A DNA stretch of 63,842 nt, the filler included, from Octopus bimaculoides (taxonomy: Eukaryota): assembly GCF_001194135.2 (NCBI RefSeq). It is 8 parts of 7 records of this genome, joined end to end, with 100 filler letters (N's around TTAATTAATTAA, not from the genome) between each part and the next. Parts side by side here need not be neighbours in the genome. Positions count along the whole stretch, not along the records: positions 62,547 to 63,842 come from NC_068993.1; 7 more parts are not named here. The stretch is one strand, 5' to 3'. A program made the position numbers and the translations under genes. Positions within the stretch are counted from its first letter, which is position 1. Every line of letters begins with the position of its first letter. Shown here piece after piece: positions 63,561 through 63,842 of the stretch. The notes below the pieces were generated by a model, which saw only the letters and a list, made by a program, of their open reading frames with translations, was not told the DNA's origin and ran no database searches.

Positions 63561-63842
63561 CTCAAGCAACGCTCTGTCCACATCGACGTCGTCTCGTTCA
63601 CTCAAGCAACGCTCTGTCCACACCAACGTCGCCTCGTTCACTCAAGCAAAGCTCTGTCCACATCGACGTCGTCTCGTTCACTCAAGCAACGCTCTGTCCA
63701 CACCGACGTCGTCTCGTTCACTCAAGCAAAGCTCTGTCCACATCGACGTCGTCTCGTTCACTCAAGCAAAGCTCTGTCCACATCGACGTCGTCTCGTTCA
63801 CTCAAACAACGCTCTGTCCACACCGACGTCGTCTCGTTCACT
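63561..63842. repeat. 40-bp GC-richer tandem repeat, 7 full units, continues off the window
   Basis: CTCAAGCAA[C/A]GCTCTGTCCACA[T/C]CGACGTCGTCTCGTTCA with few variant positions. Confidence 0.97.

Noticed and set aside
63561-63842. CRISPR-like regular repeat
   Set aside because: Units are contiguous with no unique spacers, no cas genes, eukaryotic context

Overview
Repeat-dense, AT-rich, gap-riddled eukaryotic scaffold. The SINE/LINE families look like those I recall from octopus genomes; this is recognition from memory, not a database result. No complete host gene, rRNA, tRNA gene or CRISPR array can be supported. Most ORFs in the supplied track are microsatellite or N-gap artefacts. The protein-like remnants are almost all transposon-derived: Dong/R4-type RLE LINEs, RTE-type LINEs, a CR1-like LINE, Penelope-like elements (PLE), mariner, Tc1, a tentative Chapaev3-like transposase and Helitron pieces. 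At least three SINE-like families and several MITEs are present. Best second-look items: (i) two well-formed minimal type I hammerhead ribozyme motifs with palindromic stem III (36210-36255, 61050-61107), one inside a 414-bp TSD-flanked insertion that splits a PLE RT; (ii) a recurring Helitron-3'-end/SINE chimera and a composite Helitron with an antisense helicase relic; (iii) several long near-perfect fold-back hairpins around a candidate plus-strand exon at 34721-34910; (iv) Dong elements clustered at (AAT)n; (v) a 29-bp minisatellite derived from LINE coding sequence. Coordinates of degraded repeats are approximate.
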